The notes under the pieces were generated by a model. That model had not been told where the DNA came from. It searched no databases and saw only the letters and a list, made by a program, of their open reading frames with translations. Source: Pseudomonadota bacterium (lineage in GTDB: Bacteria > Bdellovibrionota > Bdellovibrionia > Bdellovibrionales > Bdellovibrionaceae). Taken from it: a stretch of 64,000 nucleotides of DNA. Made by a program: the position numbers and the translations under genes. Positions 9,998-19,488 of the stretch are shown here, piece by piece; position 1 is the first letter of the stretch; each line of letters starts with the position of its first letter. The stretch is from the NCBI GenBank assembly GCA_041178425.1, contig JBEGVH010000010.1, positions 32,001-96,000 of the forward strand. The letters run 5' to 3'.

Positions 9998-11485
9998 AAT
10001 CAAGATTTGACCAACTTTAATACTCGAGGCGTCGTCTATTTTATTGAGACTAAGGATGGCGTCAACACTAACTCCATATCTCACTGATATCCTAAATAAG
10101 GTTTCGCCTAGTACCACCGTGTGATATTTTTCTTTTGTCTTTTTTTTTTGATCGGAATCATCCGAAGGAATGGCAGATGGTTTTCTAATCATGCTTCCCA
10201 TCCGCGCATTATCATGACCTATACTGGCAAGCAGTTTCTCTGCCTTTTTTTGAAGACTTTTAGGAATCATAAGATGACTTTTAGAGTCGAGACCAAAGTG
10301 ATCGGCATAAGCCAGGCTATTCAAGTGTGGATTATACTGCTGAGCCATTTCACGATCACCGCCAAATACCTTTACCAGATCTCTAAAGTAAATGGGTTTA
10401 CGAATGTTTAGCTCTTCGAAGGGAACTTCTTTTGCCTTTCTTATACCCGGAAAATACTCTCCGGCATTACTTTCAACCTCGAGAGCGGCTAGAAAGCTTG
10501 CATAAAAATTCCGAGAGGCAAAACCAAAACTGCGACCTTCTCCTCTTTGAATAAGCTCACCGAGATCTCTCGTGTTGTATTTTTCAACTATGCGTCTCAC
10601 CCCATAGGGGCCATGGTTATACCCGGTTACGGCCAGTGGCCAAGCTCCTAGCATTTGATAATTAAACTTAAGCATCCGAGCCGCGAGTTCGGTCGCTCTC
10701 TTTGGGTGATTTCTTAAATCATAGACCTTATTTATTTTTAGGCGCCCACGTGCAGCCGATGGCATTATTTGCCAAAGTCCACTCGCCCCCACTTTTGATT
10801 TGGCGGACACATCAAAAGAACTCTCAACAAATACTAAACGAGTTAGCTGTATGGGTAGACCTTCTTCTTTGAAGATCTTCTCCATCATTGGCAAATATCT
10901 TCCGGATAAAAATATTGCTTCCTGAATTCGATCACTCTGCCCCAACTGAAACCGAATACGATTGGTGTCAGCCGCTTTCTTGATAGCCTCAATTCCACCT
11001 TCTTTTTCCCATGCTTCTTTGATTGCTTTATCGAGGGCCGTAGGCTCGATATTTCTATCTTCTGTGGCAATTCTTTGAAGTGATGTGAGAATCGCTTTTT
11101 TTCTTTCATCAAGATAACTATCCCGCATCTTAGCCTTCTGCCGATCATCTAACGATGCGTCTCGATTGATAGAATCAAAATCAACTTTTTCATAAACAAT
11201 ATTGAGGTTTTCAGTATCGTGAATCACACCCTGTGTGGTTTTATATTGGGTATAAATCTTTGTCCAAAAAGCTACGGCATTTACCATGTTTTCCCTGGGC
11301 TTGAAGACGTTTTCCTCTAAACCAAGAGCTTCTTTTTGAGATTTAAAATTAGTAGCCTTCCACTCAACACCATCACGTTCAATGATCTGCGAATTGGGAA
11401 TTAAGCTTCGTAAAATAGGAACCTCGGCTCGAAGGAAACTGTGCGAGAAAAAAATGAGCAACATGAGGGTTATTCTGATCTTCAT
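9989..11485 (-). CDS. MltD-like lytic transglycosylase with a C-terminal LysM domain
   Basis: VESSF, AKSKVGASGLWQIMP and YNHG (SLT motifs); HTVVLGETLFRIS..YGV LysM; signal peptide. ATG at 11485 has an RBS. Confidence 0.9.
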   Translation of the reverse strand: MKIRITLMLLIFFSHSFLRAEVPILRSLIPNSQIIERDGVEWKATNFKSQKEALGLEENVFKPRENMVNAVAFWTKIYTQYKTTQGVIHDTENLNIVYEKVDFDSINRDASLDDRQKAKMRDSYLDERKKAILTSLQRIATEDRNIEPTALDKAIKEAWEKEGGIEAIKKAADTNRIRFQLGQSDRIQEAIFLSGRYLPMMEKIFKEEGLPIQLTRLVFVESSFDVSAKSKVGASGLWQIMPSAARGRLKINKVYDLRNHPKRATELAARMLKFNYQMLGAWPLAVTGYNHGPYGVRRIVEKYNTRDLGELIQRGEGRSFGFASRNFYASFLAALEVESNAGEYFPGIRKAKEVPFEELNIRKPIYFRDLVKVFGGDREMAQQYNPHLNSLAYADHFGLDSKSHLMIPKSLQKKAEKLLASIGHDNARMGSMIRKPSAIPSDDSDQKKKTKEKYHTVVLGETLFRISVRYGVSVDAILSLNKIDDASSIKVGQILILP

Positions 11486-11623
11486 AATCGTCCCTTCGAT
11501 ATACAAAATCCATTTGTACCATTTTCTAAATTTTACACGAGCCTAAGTATTTTCTCAACAAGGGCTCTTAAAGTTTGTCCAAAGTCGATTCTCAACTAAA
11601 CTTCAGACCAAAGGCAGTCTCAA

Positions 11624-13042
11624 TTACGGTACTAAGAGTATATCCGATATTATTTGGTCATAGGCCGTTCGAACAGACGCACCGTCTTTATTTCCATTAT
11701 AGATAAACGCAAAAGAAAGGACTTCTCCATCTTCCATTCCGATGTAGCCCGCTAAGGAGGCCACCCCGGTCAATAGACCGGTTTTTGCTCGAACCCACCT
11801 TTGTGCACGTTCATTTTTCATACGATTTTTCAAAGTCCCGTCAACACCCGCGATTGGGAGACTCGAAACAAACTCAGGAAACAATCGAAAGTCTCTTCTC
11901 ACTTTTTCAAGAACTTTCACAAGAGCTCGAGACGAAAATTTATTATCTCGGGTTAATCCTGAAGGATTATATATTTCAAACTCTTGATCTGAAACCCCAG
12001 CCTTCCTCACGCTTTCTCTAATAAAGTCTAAACCCGTAGCCAAGTTTCCTTGAACTTCGTTGTACGCACCCAACTGTTTGGTCAGCATCTCGGCAACATA
12101 GTTACTAGAGAATTTATTCATGTCCGCCAAAAGCTGTTCAATCGGCTTACTTGGAGCCTCTGCTAACAACTTCGATCCAGCCGGTGCTTTTCCTGACCTG
12201 GTTTTTCCTTTAACACTGATTCCTCGCTGAGAGAGGAACTCTTTTAAATTAGCACCTGTCCAGGCGATTGGATCGGTGATTCCTTTGTAAGAAACCACTT
12301 CTTTGCTATCATTATCGATTTTTCCCCTCACGATAATTTGATCCCTCCCCTCTGAATCTCGCTGGCGAGAGACGTTGAAATCAGACTTTTTTGCCGTCGT
12401 GAGTTCGGCTTTTAACGTGATGTATTCGTTGACAGGGTCAATGAATACTCGTGCTGGGTCTCCTATTTTCTCACCTGGTCGCAGGAACACATTAACCGCG
12501 TTCCAATTTAAGGACATCGCTCCCACCGGTGCATCGTAGGCTCTATCTACGCGAGCATCTTCACGTGACTCATCAAATCTCTTTTCATCGAAGAGGCTGT
12601 CGTCGACGACAATGTCCCCCTCAATAGTTTTGATTCCTTCTCTTTTGAAGACATTTACTAAATACCACATCGTTTCAGATACGAAACCAGAATCTCCACC
12701 TCCAACAAGGTAAAGATCGCCCTTTAATTGTCCGTCCTCCACTTTTGCTGTAGATACTAAGCGAGTTGAAAATTTGGTGCCGGGAGGAATGTGTTCCAAA
12801 ACCGCAAGGGCGGTAAATAACTTCGTGACCGAGGCAGGGATCAACTTTTTATTAGCATTGATATCGACAATCTCTTTGCCTTTTTTGAAGACAGAAACGC
12901 TGAGGCTAGACCCACTCATGCCATGCTTTTTAAATGCCTTTTCGACCCTATTTGTGAGATCGGTCTCTGTTTTTGCCAACGCCCAGTGCTCCTGAAATAT
13001 CAAGAGTCCGATACAAACTGCTACCAATCCTTTGATAGTCAT
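11624..13042 (-). CDS. dacB: D-Ala-D-Ala carboxypeptidase/endopeptidase (PBP4, peptidase S13)
   Basis: PASVTK (SxxK), SSN (SxN), SGL and AKTG; signal peptide. Confidence 0.93.
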   Translation of the reverse strand: MTIKGLVAVCIGLLIFQEHWALAKTETDLTNRVEKAFKKHGMSGSSLSVSVFKKGKEIVDINANKKLIPASVTKLFTALAVLEHIPPGTKFSTRLVSTAKVEDGQLKGDLYLVGGGDSGFVSETMWYLVNVFKREGIKTIEGDIVVDDSLFDEKRFDESREDARVDRAYDAPVGAMSLNWNAVNVFLRPGEKIGDPARVFIDPVNEYITLKAELTTAKKSDFNVSRQRDSEGRDQIIVRGKIDNDSKEVVSYKGITDPIAWTGANLKEFLSQRGISVKGKTRSGKAPAGSKLLAEAPSKPIEQLLADMNKFSSNYVAEMLTKQLGAYNEVQGNLATGLDFIRESVRKAGVSDQEFEIYNPSGLTRDNKFSSRALVKVLEKVRRDFRLFPEFVSSLPIAGVDGTLKNRMKNERAQRWVRAKTGLLTGVASLAGYIGMEDGEVLSFAFIYNGNKDGASVRTAYDQIISDILLVP

Positions 13043-13150
13043 ATGTCCTCCAAAAATTACCCACTAATTCTAGACCAAAGTGTGTCTTTATTTTCAGTGT
13101 AACCATTCCGAAAAGTAAACTGAATATCTAATTTGGGATGAAAAAAAGGA

Positions 13151-15025
13151 ATGAAGCGTAAAGATTGGTTTTTAAATCTACTACCTCTTTTTTTAGTTTG
13201 GCTGACCGATGGTTTTTCCAAACTATGGGGAGATTCGCTTACCCAATCGCTGGATTGGGGAGTTCTTCACTTTCAATCTCATTATTCTTCCAGTGTTTTT
13301 TTAGGATTCTTCTCTGAACTCCCCCCTTCCCTAAGAATCTTTTCCCTCTGCACAATCGCCCTATTCCTGGCACTCTCCTACGGGACCACTCAAATCATGT
13401 GGCCTATCAAGTCAGTCAAATTTAAAGTAGGCCTTTCTCTTGTATCCGGAGCCCTTATGGGAATTCTGACCGAATGGATTTACCGAGGATACGGCAGCAC
13501 CATTTTGACAATTCAAATTGCGAATTTTAAAAGCCCCGAATTTAGCCTGGCTCACTTATCTTTTTGGATTGGCTTAGGATCCATTGGGATTTCCCTCTTT
13601 ACCGACAAAGAGCTCTTTGTGCCCAATGATAATAAACGGCGAAAAAGGCTATGGATCAATCACGACTATCAACTTAGATTTATTTTTCTTCTTCTGGGGA
13701 GTGCTCTTTCAATAACTTTGATTGGCATGATTTTTTCCTACACCTACCTAAGAATGACTATAAGCGCATTTATCGGCGACAATATGGCCTTAACAAATAA
13801 GCTTTTAGTCCCTTATTTGCTTACGTTTTTTATTATATGCCTCAATTTTTGTGGCCTCTTGATTTTCTGGGGGCGTAAAATCTCCCATCGACATGCGGGA
13901 CCGATCTACGCTTTTGACAAGTATGTTAACGACCTTATTGAAGGTCGAAATCGAAGGTTCGCCCTGCGCACCAACGATGAATTCAAGCTCTTAGAGTCAA
14001 CGGGAAGAAATATTGCTGAACACTTTTTGGAAAATGGTCTCATCGACTCAGATGATGAAATTAAGGTGTTAACAACTCATAAAAGTAATTCAGAGGACTT
14101 TTCCCTGGGAGCTATTCCCATGGAAGGACAGAACCCGGATTATTCTGAAAAAAGTAATAATCTTCTTCATAATCTAAAATTGAGTATCAATGCCAACCAC
14201 GTAAGATCAGACTGTCCCCTTTGCAAAGAAGTATCGTCGATGCATTTCCAAAGCTCAATTGGTGATCATCTTGCCGAATGTGTTCATTGTCATTTTATTT
14301 TTGATCCGTCACAACACTATGTCACCAAGAGAAAAAAAAGCGCCATCGTCTCAGATTCAGAAAAAGAATCTTACTACCGACAGCTTAACGACGTTCTTGT
14401 AAATTCTGATTCAACGATAAAATCCAACGAAAGTTTGGCCCGCATCTTTTCCCTCTCCTTAGGTTCGACAAATAAAGAATGGCTTTACGAATTCAATAAT
14501 TCTCCTGGATGGCAAATTTTTTCCCACGATGGACTAACCACTATTGACGCAAATCTATCCCCTCCGCATTTTGACCTTATGGCTCTCAACAATATCATTG
14601 AATGGAGCCAAGACCCTCATAAGCTCTTGGATTTTTGCTACCAACAGCTTAATACAAATGGGTTATTGTATATCGTCACACCCAATCGGGAATCATTTAT
14701 TGCAAGGTGGTTTCCAAAGTACTGGCTAATAGCAACAGAGGAACCTTATGGGATTTTCAATTTTGAACTTCTTGCCAAAACCCTCAACAATCACTCGTTT
14801 GAAGTCATCTCTCATGAAGCACACCTCACAAAGATAACTCTTGAAGAGCTTTTGACCAAAATGAGCAAACACTCTTCTTTTTGGCCTCAGCTTTTATTAA
14901 GTATAATTCCTAAAATGGTGGCTCAAAAATTGACGATCCATCTCCCACTGGGACAAATGGCCTTAGTTGCAAGAAAATTGGTTAAGTCGACAAGCCTGCC
15001 GATGGACAGGGCATCGAATCTCTAA
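13151..15025 (+). CDS. Membrane protein: degenerate LspA-like domain, TM/HAMP-like segment, Zn-ribbon and degenerate class I methyltransferase-like domain
   Basis: N-terminus aligns by eye to LspA motifs with the catalytic Asp residues lost; ISHRHAGPI...LRTNDEF is HAMP-like; CPLC..CVHC followed by FDL...IEW..DP...L...GLLYIVTPN. Confidence 0.6.
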   Translation: MKRKDWFLNLLPLFLVWLTDGFSKLWGDSLTQSLDWGVLHFQSHYSSSVFLGFFSELPPSLRIFSLCTIALFLALSYGTTQIMWPIKSVKFKVGLSLVSGALMGILTEWIYRGYGSTILTIQIANFKSPEFSLAHLSFWIGLGSIGISLFTDKELFVPNDNKRRKRLWINHDYQLRFIFLLLGSALSITLIGMIFSYTYLRMTISAFIGDNMALTNKLLVPYLLTFFIICLNFCGLLIFWGRKISHRHAGPIYAFDKYVNDLIEGRNRRFALRTNDEFKLLESTGRNIAEHFLENGLIDSDDEIKVLTTHKSNSEDFSLGAIPMEGQNPDYSEKSNNLLHNLKLSINANHVRSDCPLCKEVSSMHFQSSIGDHLAECVHCHFIFDPSQHYVTKRKKSAIVSDSEKESYYRQLNDVLVNSDSTIKSNESLARIFSLSLGSTNKEWLYEFNNSPGWQIFSHDGLTTIDANLSPPHFDLMALNNIIEWSQDPHKLLDFCYQQLNTNGLLYIVTPNRESFIARWFPKYWLIATEEPYGIFNFELLAKTLNNHSFEVISHEAHLTKITLEELLTKMSKHSSFWPQLLLSIIPKMVAQKLTIHLPLGQMALVARKLVKSTSLPMDRASNL

Positions 15026-15842
15026 TGTCTTTTAAATAAAATCGTTTTTTTTGATTTTCAATCAAGCAATGAGCCGCAAGATAGTCGCCATCTGGATTTC
15101 TTACAATGCCCTGAGGGTGAGCTTTGCGCGTTTGTCCCTTGCGCGAACCACCCAAATAAACAAATTCAATGTCTTGATCTTTTTCTAAGGCTTCAATTAA
15201 TCCGCGGAGGTCATGATTATGCTTTAAAGCATTAATAGAATAGTTTTTCCAAGAAAGATCCTTGCCTTGAACCGACAAAATACTCCTTAAATTCGCGGTT
15301 TCGCCCAGGAGGCGAAAACAATGCAAAGCCACCTCAAGACAGGCTCTGGCATCACTTTCCGCTCGATGTGCTGGACCAGCTTCAATCTTCAAATGCTTAA
15401 TAAGTGTCTGAAGCTTATGGTTATCTGATCCTTTAATTAATTTTCGAGAAATAAGACTGCTGCAAAGGGGAGGCGTTAAGGGAAGACTATATCCGAATTT
15501 CTCCATCTCCCAAACTAAGAAACCAAGATCAAAGGGCGCGTGATGGGCGATGAGAATTCCATCTCCAATAAACCTAACCACATCTTCAATCACAGCATTC
15601 ATCGACGGAGCATTTGCCACCATTTCATTGGTGATTCCGTGAATCTTGATGACCTCTTCTCCCATCGGCTTACGAGGACGAATCAATTGATTAAACGACG
15701 CGATTTCCTTACCGTTTTGCCACTTAACGAGTCCCACCTCAACAATTTCATTTCCCAAAGGGTATGCGCCTGAGGTTTCTGTATCAAAGGCAATAAAAGT
15801 TAGTTCCGACCATGGGGTGTCAATTAGAGATTCTTTTTTCAC
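14982..15842 (-). CDS. DEDDh 3'-5' exonuclease (DnaQ-like) with a C-terminal WYL domain
   Basis: DTETSG, HHAPFD and HRAESDA exonuclease motifs; C-terminal FVY...RKAHP...YLAAHC..ENQKKRFYLKDI is WYL-like. Confidence 0.85.
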   Translation of the reverse strand: MKKESLIDTPWSELTFIAFDTETSGAYPLGNEIVEVGLVKWQNGKEIASFNQLIRPRKPMGEEVIKIHGITNEMVANAPSMNAVIEDVVRFIGDGILIAHHAPFDLGFLVWEMEKFGYSLPLTPPLCSSLISRKLIKGSDNHKLQTLIKHLKIEAGPAHRAESDARACLEVALHCFRLLGETANLRSILSVQGKDLSWKNYSINALKHNHDLRGLIEALEKDQDIEFVYLGGSRKGQTRKAHPQGIVRNPDGDYLAAHCLIENQKKRFYLKDIRDSMPCPSAGLST

Positions 15843-15876
15843 GATTTAGATCCCGCACAAATTTTAATTATAATGA

Positions 15877-16773
15877 CTACTTCTTACGAACTTCCCGTAG
15901 AAACGACTCATTGAGTTCATCATATAGTTCTCTGGTCTCGGCGGGTCTGTCAAAGTTTGACTCTTTGGGCATCTCTTTTTTCTCTTGTTTTGCGGGTTCA
16001 GAGTCTTTCAGTCGACGAATATTGAATTTAATATATCCAGTTCCTGGACCTGGCGCCACTTGAGGCCCTCTAGGCTTCACGTCTGTTTTCCCATCTACCT
16101 CTGTTGAGTCATGTTCAAGACTTGATTTAACCTTCATCTGAATAAGATCTAATCGCGATGTCGCAACGGTGTTGGCTAAATTAGGGTCTGAATCACGAAC
16201 TCCTTCGAGATAGAGCTCCGAAGTGATACTAATATTTGCATTGGATAGCCCTCCAACAGCTTTTTTTACATGATTCATTATTGTTATGAACTCACTGGTC
16301 ACATCGCTGGTTCCAGGAAGAAACAACTTATTGTCTGGAATTACAAAATTAACTTCACTATGGTTAACCTCAAGTTTTTCAGCATCGCTTCCTACGGCGT
16401 CAGCCAAAAAGGCAAGAGCAATTTTATCATCCTGAAACTCAAAAAGATTGGGGGTTTTATCCATTGGCTCAAAGAGCTTTGAAACTGTGTCGAGGGGTTC
16501 ATTCAATAGATCTGTAAATAGCTTTTCTAGAGTCAACTCTACTCCGAAATTACGAAATTGATACTCGATCACACTAGGAGTAGAAAAATAATCTGAAATA
16601 CTTTGCCTTGCCTCAGGACTAATACTTAAGAGCCACATACAAAGAAAAAAGGCCATCATAGCGGTCATAAAGTCGGCAAATGCCACTTTCCAAGCTCCAC
16701 CATGGTGTCCTCCACCGCTGATGGTAATCTTTTTTATAACCGTCATTGATTTCTTTTCTTTTTCTGCAGCCAT
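15877..16773 (-). CDS. motB: Flagellar stator protein MotB
   Basis: [21 protein letters not shown] with the conserved Asp; lies downstream of motA. Confidence 0.9.
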   Translation of the reverse strand: MAAEKEKKSMTVIKKITISGGGHHGGAWKVAFADFMTAMMAFFLCMWLLSISPEARQSISDYFSTPSVIEYQFRNFGVELTLEKLFTDLLNEPLDTVSKLFEPMDKTPNLFEFQDDKIALAFLADAVGSDAEKLEVNHSEVNFVIPDNKLFLPGTSDVTSEFITIMNHVKKAVGGLSNANISITSELYLEGVRDSDPNLANTVATSRLDLIQMKVKSSLEHDSTEVDGKTDVKPRGPQVAPGPGTGYIKFNIRRLKDSEPAKQEKKEMPKESNFDRPAETRELYDELNESFLREVRKK

Positions 16774-16776
16774 TTC

Positions 16777-17640
16777 TTATGCAGCTTTCTTCTCTTTCAG
16801 TTTTACTTCTAATTCTTTGAACGTTGGTCTTTCATGGGGCGCAATTGTTCGTCGAGCGAACTCGACACAGGTATTAGGGTTCGCTCCTCTTTGTAAGGCT
16901 ACCAGTGCGGCCTTTACCACGCTTAGAAAGCGTCCCTCAGCTTCGATATCGTTGAGGATCTTAGTCGCAATCGGACCAAAAAAACCGTAGGCAAGAAAAA
17001 CCCCTAGCATCGTACCAACCAGGGCGTGACCAACAAGCGATCCGATTTTTTCAACCCCCGCCGTCAAATAACTCATCGTTTTAACGATACCCAAAACCGC
17101 GGCAACGATACCCAGGCCAGGAAGACCATCGGCAATCGCTTGCACAGCGTGCTGAGCCGCATGTTCTTCTGCGTGGGCAGCCTTCATGTCTCCATCTAAT
17201 AAATCATCCACATCATAAGGCGATAAATCGGCTGCAAGAGTTGTTTTCATGGTGTCACAAATGAAGTCGATGCAATGGTGATTCTTCAGGATCTTCGGAT
17301 ACTGAGTGAAAATTTCACTTTTCTCAGGATTTTCAACGTGAGATTCAACCGCCTGCGGTCCCTCTTTTCTAAACTTTTGAAAGAGGGTAAAAAGGAGTTG
17401 CATGAGTTCGATGTATTCGTCTTTTTGCGGACCTTTTGCCGTAAGTGAGTGAACCGTCATTTTAATAGCAAGCTTGATAATTTTCATTGGGTTACCAATG
17501 ATAAAACCACCGATCGCCGCTCCAAAAATGATAACGAGCTCGAGAGGGGCAGCATGGATGACAGGAGACATGTTACCGCCTCCGGCCATAAACCCACCGA
17601 ATACACAGATCATAACTATGATTGCACCTACAAATCCCAT
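16777..17640 (-). CDS. motA: Flagellar stator protein MotA
   Basis: LPGLGIVAAVLG, ALVGT.LG...AYG..GP and EFARR motifs. Confidence 0.95.
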   Translation of the reverse strand: MGFVGAIIVMICVFGGFMAGGGNMSPVIHAAPLELVIIFGAAIGGFIIGNPMKIIKLAIKMTVHSLTAKGPQKDEYIELMQLLFTLFQKFRKEGPQAVESHVENPEKSEIFTQYPKILKNHHCIDFICDTMKTTLAADLSPYDVDDLLDGDMKAAHAEEHAAQHAVQAIADGLPGLGIVAAVLGIVKTMSYLTAGVEKIGSLVGHALVGTMLGVFLAYGFFGPIATKILNDIEAEGRFLSVVKAALVALQRGANPNTCVEFARRTIAPHERPTFKELEVKLKEKKAA

Positions 17641-17670
17641 TTCGCCTCCGAAATCCAGAGATTCAATCTC

Positions 17671-17697
17671 TTTTCGGCTTAATTTCTGTATTTTTAA
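17671..17697 (-). promoter_or_regulatory. Putative sigma28 (FliA) promoter of motAB
   Basis: TAAA-N14-GCCGAAAA about 30 nt upstream of motA (consensus TAAA-N15-GCCGATAA). Confidence 0.55.
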
Positions 17698-17833
17698 GGG
17701 GTTTGCGGGTTTTCTAGACCATCATCAAGAACCGAATTCCTTCCGATTGCGCCAGGCTCTTGCCTTTTTTGTGTTTATGAGCGAACTTGACTCGTTAAAC
17801 CGATAGACGGATCGAATGCTTTGCGAGGCTGGT

Positions 17834-19438
17834 ATGAAGAGATCAATATTGCTCATGTTAGTGACTGTCCTAATGTCCGTTTTCTCTCTTGAGAAAAGTT
17901 GGTCCTTTGAAAATGAGGACCTACCATTAAGCATAACCCAGATCTCGATCTCCCCCCATCATGCCCCGGCTCTCCAGCAAAGAACTTTAAAACTACAACT
18001 TTCCCTTAAACCAGGCTTCAAGGCTTACGTTGATAAATTTCAGCTCACGATCCTAGAGCCCTATCCAAGCGCTCACTCAGCCCTCGACCTAAGTCCGATT
18101 CATGATTTTTTCGACAAGTTCTCTAAAACTAATAAGCAGGGCATACGTGAATCCGGCACATTGAGTACTAACCTTGAAATTCAAAAGCCTCTTCAAGAGG
18201 GGGTGAACAGATTAGATTTTGAATTAAAGTTTCAGGCTTGCTCAGAGACGGTTTGCTATTTTCCTCAAACAATCAAAGGGGAAACAGAATTTATTGTCAG
18301 TGGTTCCAAAACTCCAGTTTCTGAAAACCAGAAACCTTCAAGCTTGCTCGAAGACAACTTTAAGAGCGCCAAAGATAGAGGCTCATTTTACCTTTTTGTT
18401 TTTGTTTTCTTGGCGGGTGTTTTGACCTCTCTCACTCCTTGTCTTTTGCCAATTCTACCTTTGACAATTGCAGTTATTGGAAAAGGGCACGGGCACGATG
18501 CCAAACTGAAAAAGCTTCTCAATGCACTTACCTATGTCTTAGGAATTGCCACCACATACTCTGTTTTAGGGGTTGCGGCCGCTTCAAGCGGTGCGCTGTT
18601 TGGCAATATTTTAAGTAATGTATGGGTACAGGTTGGTTTTGGAACTGCTTTCGTTGCTATGGGATTAGCACAGTTTGGACTCTTTGAGTTCCAAACCCCC
18701 TTATGGCTACAGAATAGATTTAATAAAATGAGTTCAAACACCGGTGGTATTTACGTTTCGGGCCTACTGTCTGGATTTATCGCAAGTCCTTGTGTGGGGC
18801 CCGTTCTGGTTGGAATTCTGACTTTTATTGCTCAATCGCAAGACCGCTTGATGGGATTTTGGTTGATGTTTACCTATGCCTTCGGGTTAGGCCAACTTCT
18901 GATAATTTTAGGTGTATTTTCAAGCCTGCTTTATCGTTTTCCAAAATCAGCCACTCTCATGAAAACATCGAAAATTGTTTTAGGATTGGCTCTGATTGCA
19001 AGTGGCTTATTTTATCTCAGTCTTCTTTGGCCCGAATCACCAAAAATCCACAAGGGACCCTCAGCGTTGGCTGAACCCCTTAAAAACTCTTTGAATTGGC
19101 AACCCTATTCAGAGGAACGGCTTCAACTCGCTCGGAAAGAGGGAAAACCAGTTCTCATCGATTTCTATGCTGACTGGTGCATTGCCTGCCATGAGCTTGA
19201 AGAAAAGACTTTTAGTGATCAATCAGTGCAAGTAGCTCTTAAGGACTTTGTTCTTTTAAAGTTCGATGCAACAGAGGAAACCACTCAACTTCAACCGCTA
19301 AAAGAAAAATATAAGATTGTTGGACTTCCTACCCTTTTATTTTATGGAAAAGATGGTACGTGGAGAGAAGAACTTACCGTTAACGAATTCGAGTCTCCAG
19401 AAAAGTTCATTGAGAAAATCAAGCGAGCGCAACAGTAA
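17834..19438 (+). CDS. dsbD: Protein-disulfide reductase DsbD
   Basis: QACSETVCY, SLTPCLLP, SPCVGP and a thioredoxin domain (FYADWCIAC). Confidence 0.93.
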   Translation: MKRSILLMLVTVLMSVFSLEKSWSFENEDLPLSITQISISPHHAPALQQRTLKLQLSLKPGFKAYVDKFQLTILEPYPSAHSALDLSPIHDFFDKFSKTNKQGIRESGTLSTNLEIQKPLQEGVNRLDFELKFQACSETVCYFPQTIKGETEFIVSGSKTPVSENQKPSSLLEDNFKSAKDRGSFYLFVFVFLAGVLTSLTPCLLPILPLTIAVIGKGHGHDAKLKKLLNALTYVLGIATTYSVLGVAAASSGALFGNILSNVWVQVGFGTAFVAMGLAQFGLFEFQTPLWLQNRFNKMSSNTGGIYVSGLLSGFIASPCVGPVLVGILTFIAQSQDRLMGFWLMFTYAFGLGQLLIILGVFSSLLYRFPKSATLMKTSKIVLGLALIASGLFYLSLLWPESPKIHKGPSALAEPLKNSLNWQPYSEERLQLARKEGKPVLIDFYADWCIACHELEEKTFSDQSVQVALKDFVLLKFDATEETTQLQPLKEKYKIVGLPTLLFYGKDGTWREELTVNEFESPEKFIEKIKRAQQ

Positions 19439-19488
19439 ATAGAAAAAGAAAAACTACAGGCTTGCACAAACAGGTGATCAGCTCGTTG

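Noticed and set aside
14210..14300. CVHCH in the fusion protein as a heme c site
   Set aside because: It pairs with the upstream CPLC as a Zn ribbon typical of this methyltransferase-like family, and it is predicted to be cytoplasmic.
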